Assembly (NCBI GenBank): GCA_020891255.1
Contig: BQFW01000009.1
Coordinates: 1,364,001-1,428,000 of the forward strand
Reading direction: 5' to 3'
DNA: 64,000 nucleotides
DNA from: Entomortierella parvispora E1425
Taxonomy: Eukaryota; Fungi; Mortierellomycota
The position numbers and the translations under genes are program-made. Below the pieces are notes generated by a model. The model ran no database searches. It was not told the DNA's origin and was given only the letters and a program-made list of their open reading frames with translations. Positions within the stretch are counted from its first letter, which is position 1; each line of letters starts with the position of its first letter. Positions 10,260 to 21,563 of the stretch are shown piece after piece.

Positions 10260-12560
10260 ATGGTCTCCTTCTCCCCCTCCCGCTCCCACTCCCATTCTCA
10301 ATCTTCTTCCTCCTCCTCCTCTTCCTCCCTGTCTTCGTCATCAACATCTCCAACGCTCTCCTCTCCATCCACCTCAGCAACCACCACCCCCTCTGTATCC
10401 CACTGCTCACCAGTCCCTGCAGCTTCATCCCCTTTCCCCATGGCTGCCTCCAAAGGCATCAGCATTCTTGATCCGCATCAGCACAACAACAGTACCAGCA
10501 ACAATGTCAGCATCTACTCCACCTCGATCTCAGGCCCCTTTGGTCTCTCGGACTATTTCAGTTCCAGCGTTCCCAAGTCGAGCTTCAACAACAACAGCTC
10601 GAGCAGCATCCACATTGGGAGCTTGAGCAATACTCTCGGCAGTCTTGGCTTGGCAGACCCTCTGCCCACTACCTCGTCCTCACTTAGCTCAGGACTGTAC
10701 AACTACAGTTTTCCCAGTAGCACCAATGGCAATCATATCAACTTGAACAACAATGCCAACAACACTGTCAATGCCAACGCACCTGTCGGTTCTGCCATCC
10801 AAGAAGATATCTCGACCATCTTTGTCGTCGGATTCCCCGATGACATGCAAGAGCGAGAGTTTCAAAACATGTTTGTCTTCACTCCAGGCTTCGAGGCTGC
10901 AACGCTCAAGATCCCGAACAAGGACCAGCAGGAAGATGATGCGCTGACTCTTGGCGTCAACGGTGTCAATCCTCGCAAGCAGATTGTAAGTAATCTTGCT
11001 TCCTCTTTTTTTTTACCTTGGACTCTGATGACTCACCTTAAGGAAGAGGCGATCAACCCCTGGACAACATGGATACATGTGTTGTTGGTTACGCTCCTAT
11101 TTTCAGCATTCCATTGTTTGTTGTTGTTATTGCTGCTACTGGATGTAAACAACTACGTCGATCCACACTGCGAATCCGCACATGCACCCACCACCATTTA
11201 TTCTTACTGTCGACATGTCGAAGAAAAAGCCTCAGTCTCTTTCTTTCTGAACTAACTGCTTTCTATCATGTACACCTCATAGATTGGTTTTGCAAAGTTT
11301 CGTTCACAGCAAGAGGCTTTGCAGGCTAGAGATGTGCTCAATGGGCGAAGAGTTGATGCTGAGAAAGGCTCGCTGCTTAAGGCCGAGATGGCAAAGAAGA
11401 ACCTCCACACCCGCAGAGGACTCTCCAACGAATTGGTGGCAACGGCCGACCCGGCGGCTATGCCTCCTACCCCATCCGGTATCAACGCCAACAGGAACGG
11501 TGGAAGCAACGGACTTGCGAAGCTACCTCCCATGCTTCAGCATCGAAACAGTCTCGCCAATGCGGCAGCCTACGACGCCTTCCACTCGGTTCCCTGTAGC
11601 CCCGCTCTCCCCAGCGACCTGCTCTCGCCAAAAGATTACCCTAGCAGCTACGACTTTTACGCGGATGTCTATGCGCCGAACAATATGAGCTTTGCTGAGT
11701 CCTTTGGAGGTCGTCGTCAGTCCTCCTCTATGTTGCTTCAGCAGCAGCAGCAGTTGCCCGAACTCTCGTCTTCCTTCTTGGGCCGTCAGAGCGCGCTGGA
11801 TGCCAGAGTCGATCCTTTATCAATGGGTAGTTTGAGCAACAACAATGCCGGTGGATTGGCTAGCTCCTTTGCTGGCTCATTCCCCAACACCATGTCAAAC
11901 TCGTTCAGCAATAACCGCACAGTTGGCTTTGGATCCTCGCAGCGATTCCACAAAGGATTTTTGGATCATGACTCCGATGTACCTGCCACCACTTCCGGGT
12001 TCCTCTCAAAGTCAATCCCAGCTCTGACCGAGCGCGGGTTCAACAGCATGTCGTTCAATGGCGAGGATATGACCAATAATCGCTTCCAAGGACTGCCCAT
12101 CAACACGGTTGCAAGTGTAGCATTAGCTTCACCCAGTCTTCCTTCGCCTGGAATCGCTTCTCCTGGATTCCGAGCACCTGTTAACCCAGGGGACCAGAAC
12201 CCCCCTTGCAATACCCTTTATGTCGGAAACCTGCCTATGAACACTTCCGAGGATGAGCTCAGGACACTGTTCTCTCGCTGTCTAGGATATCGCCGTCTGT
12301 GTTTCCGCACCAAATCCAACGGACCTATGTGCTTTGTTGAATTTGAGAACGTGGAATGCGCCACCCAGGCCCTGAACGACCTCTACGGCAACCCTTTGAG
12401 CAACTCTGTAAAGGGTGGCATCCGCTTGAGCTTCTCAAAGAATCCATTGGGAGTTCGCAACTCTACTCCCAGCCAGCCCAGCGGCCTCGGACATCAATTG
12501 CATAGTTCCTTCTTGGATCGCAGGGACAGCATGAGCGCAATGTTTGACCAGCACTATTAG
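10260..12560 (+). CDS. scw1: Scw1/Whi3-like RNA-binding protein with two RRMs (~667 aa), 2 exons
   Basis: Exons 10260-10985 and 11283-12560. RRM1 [20 protein letters not shown]...IGFAKF...[13 protein letters not shown]2 [13 protein letters not shown]...GPMCFVEFE...[15 protein letters not shown]. Confidence 0.9.
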
Positions 12561-13589
12561 GGCATCTCCTCCCCTCTCCCTGCATTTCCTTTTTTCATTT
12601 ATATCTCCTTTGCATACTTGCCTGTTCATGGTTCCTTGGGACTGTGTTCAACACTGAGGCATCTGGAAAACTGATGAGCTCTCAACGACTCTTCAAGCGT
12701 TCAAAGATCCCTCTTTCATATATCCAACCAGCGGTATGTTTTTATGTACCATGGCCCCACGGCATCTTTTTTTATTCATTTTCATTTACCCCCACCACTC
12801 CTCTCTTCTATATTCATCTTTCAAAAAAAAAAAAACAAAAAAAAAAGCCAAAGTTAGCGTAGCGGCATCTGCATAGCATTCTCTTCATAGCATTCAATCT
12901 CATAAACAACCTCATTTCATACCATGCTGACTGACAAAAGACAAAAGGCTAACAACGAGCCCGGCTTCGGCAGGATATGCTTTTTCCGGGTTCGGTTCAA
13001 CCGACGGATTTGACAGATATAGGACGATCGTTTGATTCGTGTCTCCTTGGCTACCTCCCCTTCTCTCCCCTTCTTCAGGATCTTATCAACAACAGACAAC
13101 GACGAACCTGACCTGACAAATGCAACAATTCTAATCGACGCTTGTTATTTTTCCCTTTATTTGTTTTGCGTCATGACGTTCTGTGATCCGGTTTTCCCTT
13201 CTGACATATTGGAATGGGCTTTTTGAACTGGGCAGACAAGCAAAAGGAGACCACACTTGTTCCGGGGAGCACTGCAAAAAAAAAAAAAAAAAAAAAAAAA
13301 AAAGACTCTCAAGGAACTTGAAAGGGACGACGATGGCATTAGGATTCTCGACGAGCAATTGAGCTTTTTAACTGATGCTACTTTTCTTTGTTAGTTCTTT
13401 TCACTGATAACTCTTGATACCTCCTCGACCATCATACCTTCATAGTAACGGGATCCTTTCCAGAGTTACATACAATTGACTCGTCGCCATAATTCCGTTG
13501 CACAATACAAAACATACCCCCGCTTCGCCTGATCAGTAATACCTCGCACTCACATAGAGCAAAAAAAAGAAAGAGATCATAGAAAGAAT

Positions 13590-14064
13590 ATGCCGTCGGC
13601 CATTGGAATGATGATGGTGAGTTACCCAACAAACTACAATAGTAGTGATCGCTCCTCTTCTGTAAGAAAGGGAAAGGGAAAGGCACAGATCAAGAGAGAA
13701 AGAGATCAGGGTTTTGTCATTCCTTTGTATCTTCATCCTCCCACACTGCCACCCCCTCGATCCAAACCAGAACGACGACCAAAAAAGAAAACAACGCGAC
13801 CACCTCCCCCGCGTTGTCTGCACCACGGGATCCTGCAAAATCGGCATCATCATCATCACTGTCATCATGATCATAACCTTGGCCAATACTCTCCTCGGCA
13901 TCATCCCACCTGTCATTTATCCACAGGGAAAGAGAGGGGCCTAATTGAGGTTGGTGGTCATGAGAATCAGGGAGGTCAGGGACCCACGAGAACACCAGAC
14001 CCCGACAAAAATACCAGCTGCAGTAGCAGTAGTAACAGCAGCAACCTCTCTTCATGTTCAACTT

Positions 14065-14096
<32 letters not shown>

Positions 14097-14659
14097 GCCG
14101 GCTCCAGTTTCAATGAAAAGAGCAACCACCGCAGTAGCAGCAACAATAATAATAGCAAACTAAGCGATCACAGCCTTGGGCTATTGATACAAAAAGCCTG
14201 GGCACTCAAGTTCAGGAGCAATCCTTTGCATCTCGACACCAGCTGTAGCGACGGAAGCAGCTGCACCAGCGATCTGAGCTGCGGAACCTCCAGTAACAGC
14301 AGCAGTGGAAGCGGCAGCACCTGCAGCAGCATCAGCTACAGCCATGACAGCCACAACCCATTTGGGGCTTTGCAGGTCTTGTTGGGATCGATGCTGCCGT
14401 TAAAAAGGGCGAGGAATGGTCAGCAGAACAGGGGCCATTGCAGCAGCTGCTGCAGCAAATGTGACCCGGTGATCAGCACGGATCCAGCCACGAGCTTGGC
14501 CACAGGTCCAGGCACAGGTACGTTAAAAAAAAAGTGTCTGAGCATTTTTTTTTCTGTCTTGTCTACGCGCCATGCATCCCTCGCACCATCCAGTCAGTTG
14601 AACACGATGAGGAAAGACAGATAGAGAGACAGGCATGGACGGACGAGCAGTATTTCTGA
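13590..14659 (+). CDS. Hypothetical low-complexity (Ser/His/Pro-rich) protein, possible intron 14518-14597
   Basis: 344-codon ATG ORF. A GTACGT donor and CAG acceptor would give a C-terminus VEHDEERQIERQAWTDEQYF*. No recognisable domain. Confidence 0.35.
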
Positions 14660-15313
14660 GAGCTTTTCATGAGGGGAAGATGAGAGAGAAAAAGAAAGAG
14701 ACAGAGAGAAAGGGAGAGATAGAAAAAAAAAAGAACAGCTGCATACCAATGGGATGTTGAGTGAGCGAGCAGACACGGAGAGCGTCTAGGACCACACAGA
14801 GGCAAAGAGCGAGTCTTGAAGTCAAGAGCGAAAGCTGAGCTAGAGTGAACGCCCACTCCCCACTCTCCACTCTCCACTCCAACTCTTCACTGCCCGCGAG
14901 ACCAATGGTCTGTCCATGGCTCCAGTCCAATCCCCGAGAGAGTTGCATGTGGGATGATCGCTCCGAGCTTATTTCGGATAAGAAATTTGGTCCCCCGCTG
15001 TTTGTTTCCTTGTACCCCTCCACTCTTCTTCCTCTGTTCTCTTCTCCTCTTTCTTCATCCAACTGACCGACCTTCTCTCCTTTTCCTCCTCCCTCTCGCC
15101 TTCACGCCCCACCTATTCCCTCCGTCCCCTCCACACCTTCGCTTCTCCGCACATTGAACCTCTTACCACCCCTATCCCCCCTTCTCGGTGTGCTCTTGAC
15201 AACAAACACCTCCGCGCAAACAAAACACTTCCGCCTCTCCTCACACATTCCTCTTCCTCTCTCTCATCAATCCTCCTCTTCCTTCCACAGTCAGACGACC
15301 TCTCGTAAGCGCT

Positions 15314-16933
15314 ATGAGAAGAGCTGGCCAGCCTCCCCGAGCTATCCTTTCAGCTCCTGGTAACGGAAGGGTCTCCTTTGAGTGTGATCTTATCGACAAA
15401 ACCACTCGACAGAATCAGCACTCGACCGCCGACAACTACGGCCGATTTGCACCACCCAGCGTCGCAAGGAAAGAGCCGTTGTCGTCTTCTGCCCCCTCCA
15501 CCCTGTTCCTCTATCAACCCTTCAGTTCAGACAAGGGTCCACCCTCTCCCTTGGTGAAGGACGTGGATCGCCAGCAGTCTCACAAAAAGAGGGCTTTTGG
15601 AGGCTTTGATCGATTTGATTCGACCACGAATGCAGCGCCTGTCGGAGGTGGCAATGAAGAGAGAGCGCGATTGGTGCCACTGATTCTGACAACTGAGGGC
15701 CACGCTGACGATAACGGCAACAACCATGACAGCGACCATGACAACGATGATGTGACAAAAACAAAGGATCGAGAACAAGTGGTTCCACAAGAGCCAACAC
15801 CCGTGCAACAACGGTCCTTGAGAGCCTCTACCAAAACCATGACCACTGCCGACACAGCACCAGCACCTTTACCACTCATGGCACCATCCTCCTCAAGAGC
15901 CTCGCTATTGTTCTCGTCATCCACAACAATTGCCCCCTCATCGAGCTCAGAGACAGTGGTGGCTACGGCCTCAACTACTGGGCCTTTGTCTGCCCCAATT
16001 GTTTCCTGTCTCTCCACCTCCTCAGCCAGGGTCGATTCCAAACCTAAAACATCATCCCACCTCCAGCAGAACACCAAAGTGCAACGCCGCCAGTCCTCTG
16101 AAGATGGACTCACCACCTCAACGACGCATGATCTGGCCATCCCCACAAAGTGCCGCATGGTCTTTCATATGCGGGATGAAGTCTCCAAAGTCAAGGGCCT
16201 CTGCGCTAACGATGGCGGATTGGCCAACTTCAGACCTCTCCCACAGCCAAGACAATGGCAGGCTGCGCCCCAGTATCCCCTAAGAGCAACCACAAGTTTG
16301 AAGACGACCAAAACCGTTTCCTTCCAGGAACCAGAGCCCTGGAAGAAACGATCCTCAGAGGAAATTACATCACCTCGTGTTGTGTTGATTTCCAAGGATG
16401 AGGTATCCTCCAGGAAGCCGACTGCCCTGGTGACAAGATCTACGCTCCAGGCTGACGACGAAAGAGGTCAGCTGTCTGATGAGGCAGAAGACGCCACAAC
16501 AGCCACAGCCACAGCCGCCACTAATGTCGTCGCACGACCCGCGTCTGCTTCCGTTCCTGCGATCCGACCTTCAGCCGTCATGGAGGATCGTGGTCATGCT
16601 GGTAATTTCAGTGCACCTTCTCCATCTGCTGACTCCTCTATGGCCCAAAGGATGGAAGCAAAGCCATTACCCATGGCAAGGACCTCAACAAACAACTCTT
16701 ACAACAGCAGCAGCAACACAGGCAAAGGCAGTCCCCCTACGAGCAATGGAGGAAATCGGTTCAGCCGACTCTGGAAATCCGTGGCTCAAAAGGTCGGTAC
16801 TGGTCATAGCCATAGCCATCGTCATATTGAAGACGACAACAATGGTTATCCAACCAACAAACACCATCATGTCTATCACTCCCAAAGTGCCCAAGGGTCC
16901 GATCTAGAACCCTTGGTCGTCAATGCAAAGTAA
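15314..16933 (+). CDS. Hypothetical disordered Ser/Thr/Pro-rich protein (539 aa)
   Basis: Long ATG-to-TAA ORF preceded by a pyrimidine-rich leader. AATAAA-like signal downstream. No domain recognised. Confidence 0.6.
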   Translation: MRRAGQPPRAILSAPGNGRVSFECDLIDKTTRQNQHSTADNYGRFAPPSVARKEPLSSSAPSTLFLYQPFSSDKGPPSPLVKDVDRQQSHKKRAFGGFDRFDSTTNAAPVGGGNEERARLVPLILTTEGHADDNGNNHDSDHDNDDVTKTKDREQVVPQEPTPVQQRSLRASTKTMTTADTAPAPLPLMAPSSSRASLLFSSSTTIAPSSSSETVVATASTTGPLSAPIVSCLSTSSARVDSKPKTSSHLQQNTKVQRRQSSEDGLTTSTTHDLAIPTKCRMVFHMRDEVSKVKGLCANDGGLANFRPLPQPRQWQAAPQYPLRATTSLKTTKTVSFQEPEPWKKRSSEEITSPRVVLISKDEVSSRKPTALVTRSTLQADDERGQLSDEAEDATTATATAATNVVARPASASVPAIRPSAVMEDRGHAGNFSAPSPSADSSMAQRMEAKPLPMARTSTNNSYNSSSNTGKGSPPTSNGGNRFSRLWKSVAQKVGTGHSHSHRHIEDDNNGYPTNKHHHVYHSQSAQGSDLEPLVVNAK

Positions 16934-19582
16934 ATGTTGCCTATACCCATTTCTCTAGCCACTCTTTCCTCCCCACCTAATATATCCCACTAATAATAAT
17001 CCAATAAACAGTTGTGTCCACAAGCTGGTATCGTACCTGTACTTTCGCAGGGGCTTTGCTCCCAAACAACAATAAGACTATGAGGCGTATCAGAGCCCTA
17101 CTCGACGTACTCCACTACCTCATCTGCCACCTGATCAGAAAAAAAAAAGGTCCGAAGTTGTCGATCGCTCAATGGAGCTACCGACACACGGTCTCCCCAT
17201 CCCAAGGTTGAGGGTGCCCATCGTATTAGTCTGCAACAGCTGAACAAACAAAACACGGTGTTCAAAAGAACCCAACATGGAATCTTATCGAAGTTTGACT
17301 TTCACGGATACAAGCACCTCGGAGCTCGGAGGAAAGTGCCGTTCACCGTTTTCGGTCTAGACCATTGGATGCTTCTTCTTCCTCTTTTTTTTTGTTTTTG
17401 TTTTTTTTTTGTTTGCCGTCTTTTTCCTGTTCTTGCGTGCGTGTTCTCACTCCTCTTGTGCTTCATGCAGGTGGTAAGGATGGTGATCGATACTGTTTTG
17501 GGAGCTATTGTCGCTGTCCCAACTGCTGTTTCGAGAGTTGGCAATGGTTCCCTTCACACCTCACGTGTAACGACCAGGGTCTGTGCGACCAGGGACAAAA
17601 GTGAGGAAGCTGCTACCATGAAGGCTCTCGATCATACAATCCTCCGAACGAGACTTTCCAGGGCAAGCCTCAACAGCAACCGTGGGTGAAATCCTGTTTG
17701 GGCGTACAAACTCAGGCCTGGAGCACTAAGTGTATGAAATGAAAAGGGAATCCCTACCAAAAAGGTTCTTTTTTTCCCCGTCTTTCGGTTCGTCGCACTC
17801 AGTAAAAATATCATTGAGTGCCATTGATGTTCTCACCACTTATCTCCACCTCAAACCGGCTGAATTGCTGGGGCGAGAGGAGGAAATAGAATCTCCACCC
17901 AATACTATCCGTCACAAGGGCTTATTCAGCAATGCTTTGGGGCGACGTCAGAGTTCGGTCGAGATCCGAGAGTCTGATTGAGCAGACTATAATTCGAGGA
18001 CCAGTGACGATTGGTAACTCGTTTGGACCTGAGGAACAAGGAGAAAGAACCAATCGCGGAAAATCCAGGACGATCGAGGCCCTGAAACCCAGCCGTTGCT
18101 TCTGATTGAGTTCTTGAAGCGAGGTGGCTGTGGAAGCAGAGCGATTGGACGCCACTGGGAAAGTACCTTTTTTTTTTTTTACTTTTTCTCGACAGAAAGC
18201 AAAGTTCTAAATTGGACAAACGCACATCATCAACCAAGTACCGGTACAATGAGGCGATATATTTGTATTGTACTGTACCTTTGTATGGCGTTGCTGCTCA
18301 AATTGGGGTCGCTCTTTTCAAAACCTTGGTCAGCGAACTCACTATCCTACTAAAAAACACCTTCTTGGTTGAAAAAAATCTCCGTTCGTCCTCGCCGTTC
18401 AAAGAAGTTTGGTGGCGTGTGATCTTCCTCCTCTTCTGGCCACAGAACCTTGAGTGTTCTACGGGTAATTGCTTTGGCGTATTGATTCCCATGGACTTCA
18501 TTTTTCTTTACACAATGACCCAACAAGTTTTTCTCACGATCGAACCTCGTGTGTGACGATCAACTATACTTCACTGTTTTCATTATTGTTTCCTTTGTCA
18601 GCGATAGCGCCGGCGCAATTTGCCATGTGTACTATTGACGTCGTTAAAGTACGGTGCCACAAGACCAAGAAAAACAATGGACAATCTGGAAACCCTCGTC
18701 AAGTACAGTACCTCGGGAGAGGGAGGTCCGAGCAATGATCTGGGTCATGAAAAATGGTCCCAAGACGAGCCAGGACGAGCGCCCAAAAAGGCACTGTGGC
18801 GGTGAAAGGGTAACAGTTGTTCCTTTGAGGGGTTTTTGTGTGAAGGTTGACAAGCACGCGCGTGAGAAACAAACCTGAGGGCCAATCGGAAAATCCGTTT
18901 GAGTTGCGATCGTTCATTGTATGTATTTTTCGGTCCGTCCACTCGTGTGCGACTATGTACCCCTGACGCTTGCCGTCGTAAGGACTCGTCCGTCCACAAG
19001 TGCAGGTTCAAATCTTTAGTGTCCATGGAGAGCCCACATTGGACAATAACAACCAACAAATGACTGAATCGGTAGAATTTGTGCTGTTGGACACAAAAGG
19101 GTCGCCGACACGCAATTGGACACACTCTGTTGACATTCAGTTTGACTGGTCACTTGGAAAGGAACCAACCCGCTGCTCGCTGGCCAAACGCTCGACGTTA
19201 TTATAACACCCCAATTCAAAAGCTATTCGTCCCTGCCTCTCGGCCATCAAGCTTCATGCCTGGTTTGGTGCGAATGGCCCAAACCTTGGTCAGGTCAAAC
19301 ATTACGATACAAATCGGTTCAACCGCCCTGCGCAACTGGGCAGCTCGGCGAACTCGGGAAACTACAAAAGCAGGAGCAATCGCCTCTTCAGCCCCTGTTC
19401 TTTGTCGCATCGCAACCAGCCATCCTTTACTTTTCTTCGTCTACTCCTTCCCTTTTCTCCGTCTACTCCTTCCCTTTTCTCTCATCCTCTCCTTCCCTCC
19501 TCTCTCTTCCTTTTCTTTTCCGACCACAACCTATATCCTTTTTTTTAATATATATTCCTTCTCCATCCCCTTATTAACCGTC

Positions 19583-21301
19583 ATGACAAAAGAATTCCCA
19601 GGCAAAATCGAATTCCACGATGAGTCGGCCAAGTTCGAGTCCAAGCCGGAGGCGATGACCGAGTACAACGACAACGGCGTCCCATCGTACACCGACATCA
19701 GTCAAACTCCATTTGAGGAATTCCTCCACTACTCCTTGATTCAGCGAACAAGGGAAGAACACGAGGCAGGAAAGATCCAAGGTGGTGACAGTTATTCCAG
19801 CCCCTTCGGAAAGTACGCCAACATGAAGTTGCCCATCGCTGCTGTCACCGATCTCGAACCCGAAGCTGCCGTCATGACCCCCGAAGAGCTTGAGCGCTCC
19901 AACGCTCGCCGAGCCCTCCGTCAAGCTGGATGGGCCGCCGTCTTCTTCCTCATCACGACCGATATCTTGGGACCCTTCAACGCCCCCATTGCTATTGCCC
20001 AGTTGGGCTACGTCCCCGGTGTCTTGCTCTACGTCTTCATGGGAATTTTCGCCCTCTACTGTGGTCTTCTTCTCTGGCGTCTTTTCATTCATCTGGACTC
20101 TGATCGTTACCCCGTCAAGACTTACGCCGATATCGCCGAGCGTATCTTTGGTCGTTCCGCTCGCCATGTTTGCACTGTTCTCCAGTCCCTTCAGCTTATT
20201 GTCAACGTCGGTGTCATCTGTTTGAGTAACGGTCAGTCTCTCGCTCAGATTGTCGCTGGCCAGAACGGAACCGGTTATATGTGCTTCTCCTTGGCCATTG
20301 TCGTCTGGGCCCTCTTCGGCATGGTCATTGGTCAGATTCGTACTCTCAAGAACTTCTCTTTCCTTGCCAACTTTGCTGTGTGGCTCAATCTCCTTATCAT
20401 CTTTACCTCGATGGGATTCATCGCCCATTCGCCCCCTAACTATGCCGCCGCCCTGAAGAACGGCATCCCCTTCGGTCCTATCGTCACCTCAAACGTTGTT
20501 CCTCTTCCCGCCTCAACCAAGGTCAACGGTATCATGCAGATGGTCTTTGCTTATGGAGGTGCTATGATCTTCCCCGAGATTATGGCTGAGATGCGTCGTC
20601 CCATGGATTTCTGGAAGGGTATGGCCATGGCCCAGTCCCTGATCTTCTGCGCCTACCTCATGTACGGTATCTTTGTCTACGCCTTCCAGGGTCAGTTCAC
20701 TCTTCCCTTGGCCTACCAGGGTGTCAGCAAGTACTCTTGGCAGACTCTCGGTAACGTCTTGGCTTTGATCACCGGTATTATCGCCGCTGGTCTCTATGGT
20801 AACATCGGTATCAAGGTCGCCTACATCAACATTGTCGAGGACTGGTTCAAGGGCCCCTCCCTGTTGTCTCGCAAGGGTCACGTTATCTGGGTCATCATGG
20901 TCGTTGTCTACTGGGCCTTGGCCTACGTTGTCGGCTCTGCTGTTCCCCAGGTCGAGAACATCTCCTCGTTGATTGCCGCTATCTGCATTATGCAGTTCTC
21001 TTACACCTTCCCTCCAATTCTTCGCTTCGGTTACGATGTCATCACCGATGCCATGTCTGAGGATTCTGTTTACATCCCTGGTCGCGGTATCGCTGGACGT
21101 ATTGACAGCTGGAGGGACAGGTCGCGCTGGAACCGTGGTCTCTTCACCGGCCGCGTCTACTTCAAGGCCTTCAACCTTTTGCTCTTCTTTGGCTTCCTCG
21201 TCATGGCCTTCCTCGGCATGTGGGGTTCTGGTGTTTCCATCCAGCAGGCTTTCAAGAACCAGGGAGCAGCCACTTCCTTTGGATGCACTGCCCCAGTTTA
21301 A
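19583..21301 (+). CDS. Amino acid transporter, Aa_trans/AAAP family (Mtr-like), intronless, 572 aa
   Basis: Starts MTKEFPGKIEF. Motifs AVFFLITTDILGPF, FAYGGAMIFPEIMAEMRRPMDFWK, about 11 hydrophobic segments, strong codon bias. Confidence 0.92.
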   Translation: MTKEFPGKIEFHDESAKFESKPEAMTEYNDNGVPSYTDISQTPFEEFLHYSLIQRTREEHEAGKIQGGDSYSSPFGKYANMKLPIAAVTDLEPEAAVMTPEELERSNARRALRQAGWAAVFFLITTDILGPFNAPIAIAQLGYVPGVLLYVFMGIFALYCGLLLWRLFIHLDSDRYPVKTYADIAERIFGRSARHVCTVLQSLQLIVNVGVICLSNGQSLAQIVAGQNGTGYMCFSLAIVVWALFGMVIGQIRTLKNFSFLANFAVWLNLLIIFTSMGFIAHSPPNYAAALKNGIPFGPIVTSNVVPLPASTKVNGIMQMVFAYGGAMIFPEIMAEMRRPMDFWKGMAMAQSLIFCAYLMYGIFVYAFQGQFTLPLAYQGVSKYSWQTLGNVLALITGIIAAGLYGNIGIKVAYINIVEDWFKGPSLLSRKGHVIWVIMVVVYWALAYVVGSAVPQVENISSLIAAICIMQFSYTFPPILRFGYDVITDAMSEDSVYIPGRGIAGRIDSWRDRSRWNRGLFTGRVYFKAFNLLLFFGFLVMAFLGMWGSGVSIQQAFKNQGAATSFGCTAPV

Positions 21302-21506
21302 AAGAACTCACCATCCCATATACAATATAATAAAATGGCCTTTTTTTCCATATTTTTTTTTCCCACCGTGTCAATGTTTTTTTTTTTTTTTTTGGCTAAA
21401 AACCACCCAACGCCGAGGGTCTTTTTTTTTTAGACCACGAATCTCGATCGATGCAAAAAAAAAAAGTCCCGCCTGTTGTTACTACAGTACTATCCTCCTA
21501 TCATGC

Positions 21507-21563
21507 TAGGAAATAACGTCTTTTTTGGTAGGAAATAACGGCTTTTTTTTTTTTTTTTTTTTT
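21507..21563. repeat. Left target-site array: two copies of TAGGAAATAACG(G/T)C, each followed by a T run (T6, T21)
   Basis: Copies at 21507-21520 and 21529-21542. T21 at 21543-21563 is the element's poly(A) tail on the minus strand. Confidence 0.9.

Noticed and set aside
17000-19500. Many short ORFs and a B-box-like GGTTCAAATC near 19005 in a 2.5-kb intergenic region
   Set aside because: No coherent coding signal, and the T-arm stem does not pair, so it is not a tRNA. Treated as regulatory DNA.
19079-19582. 168-aa N-terminal extension on the amino-acid transporter ORF
   Set aside because: It starts at a non-ATG codon and runs through a pyrimidine-rich promoter/5' UTR. The ATG at 19583 gives a normal protein.
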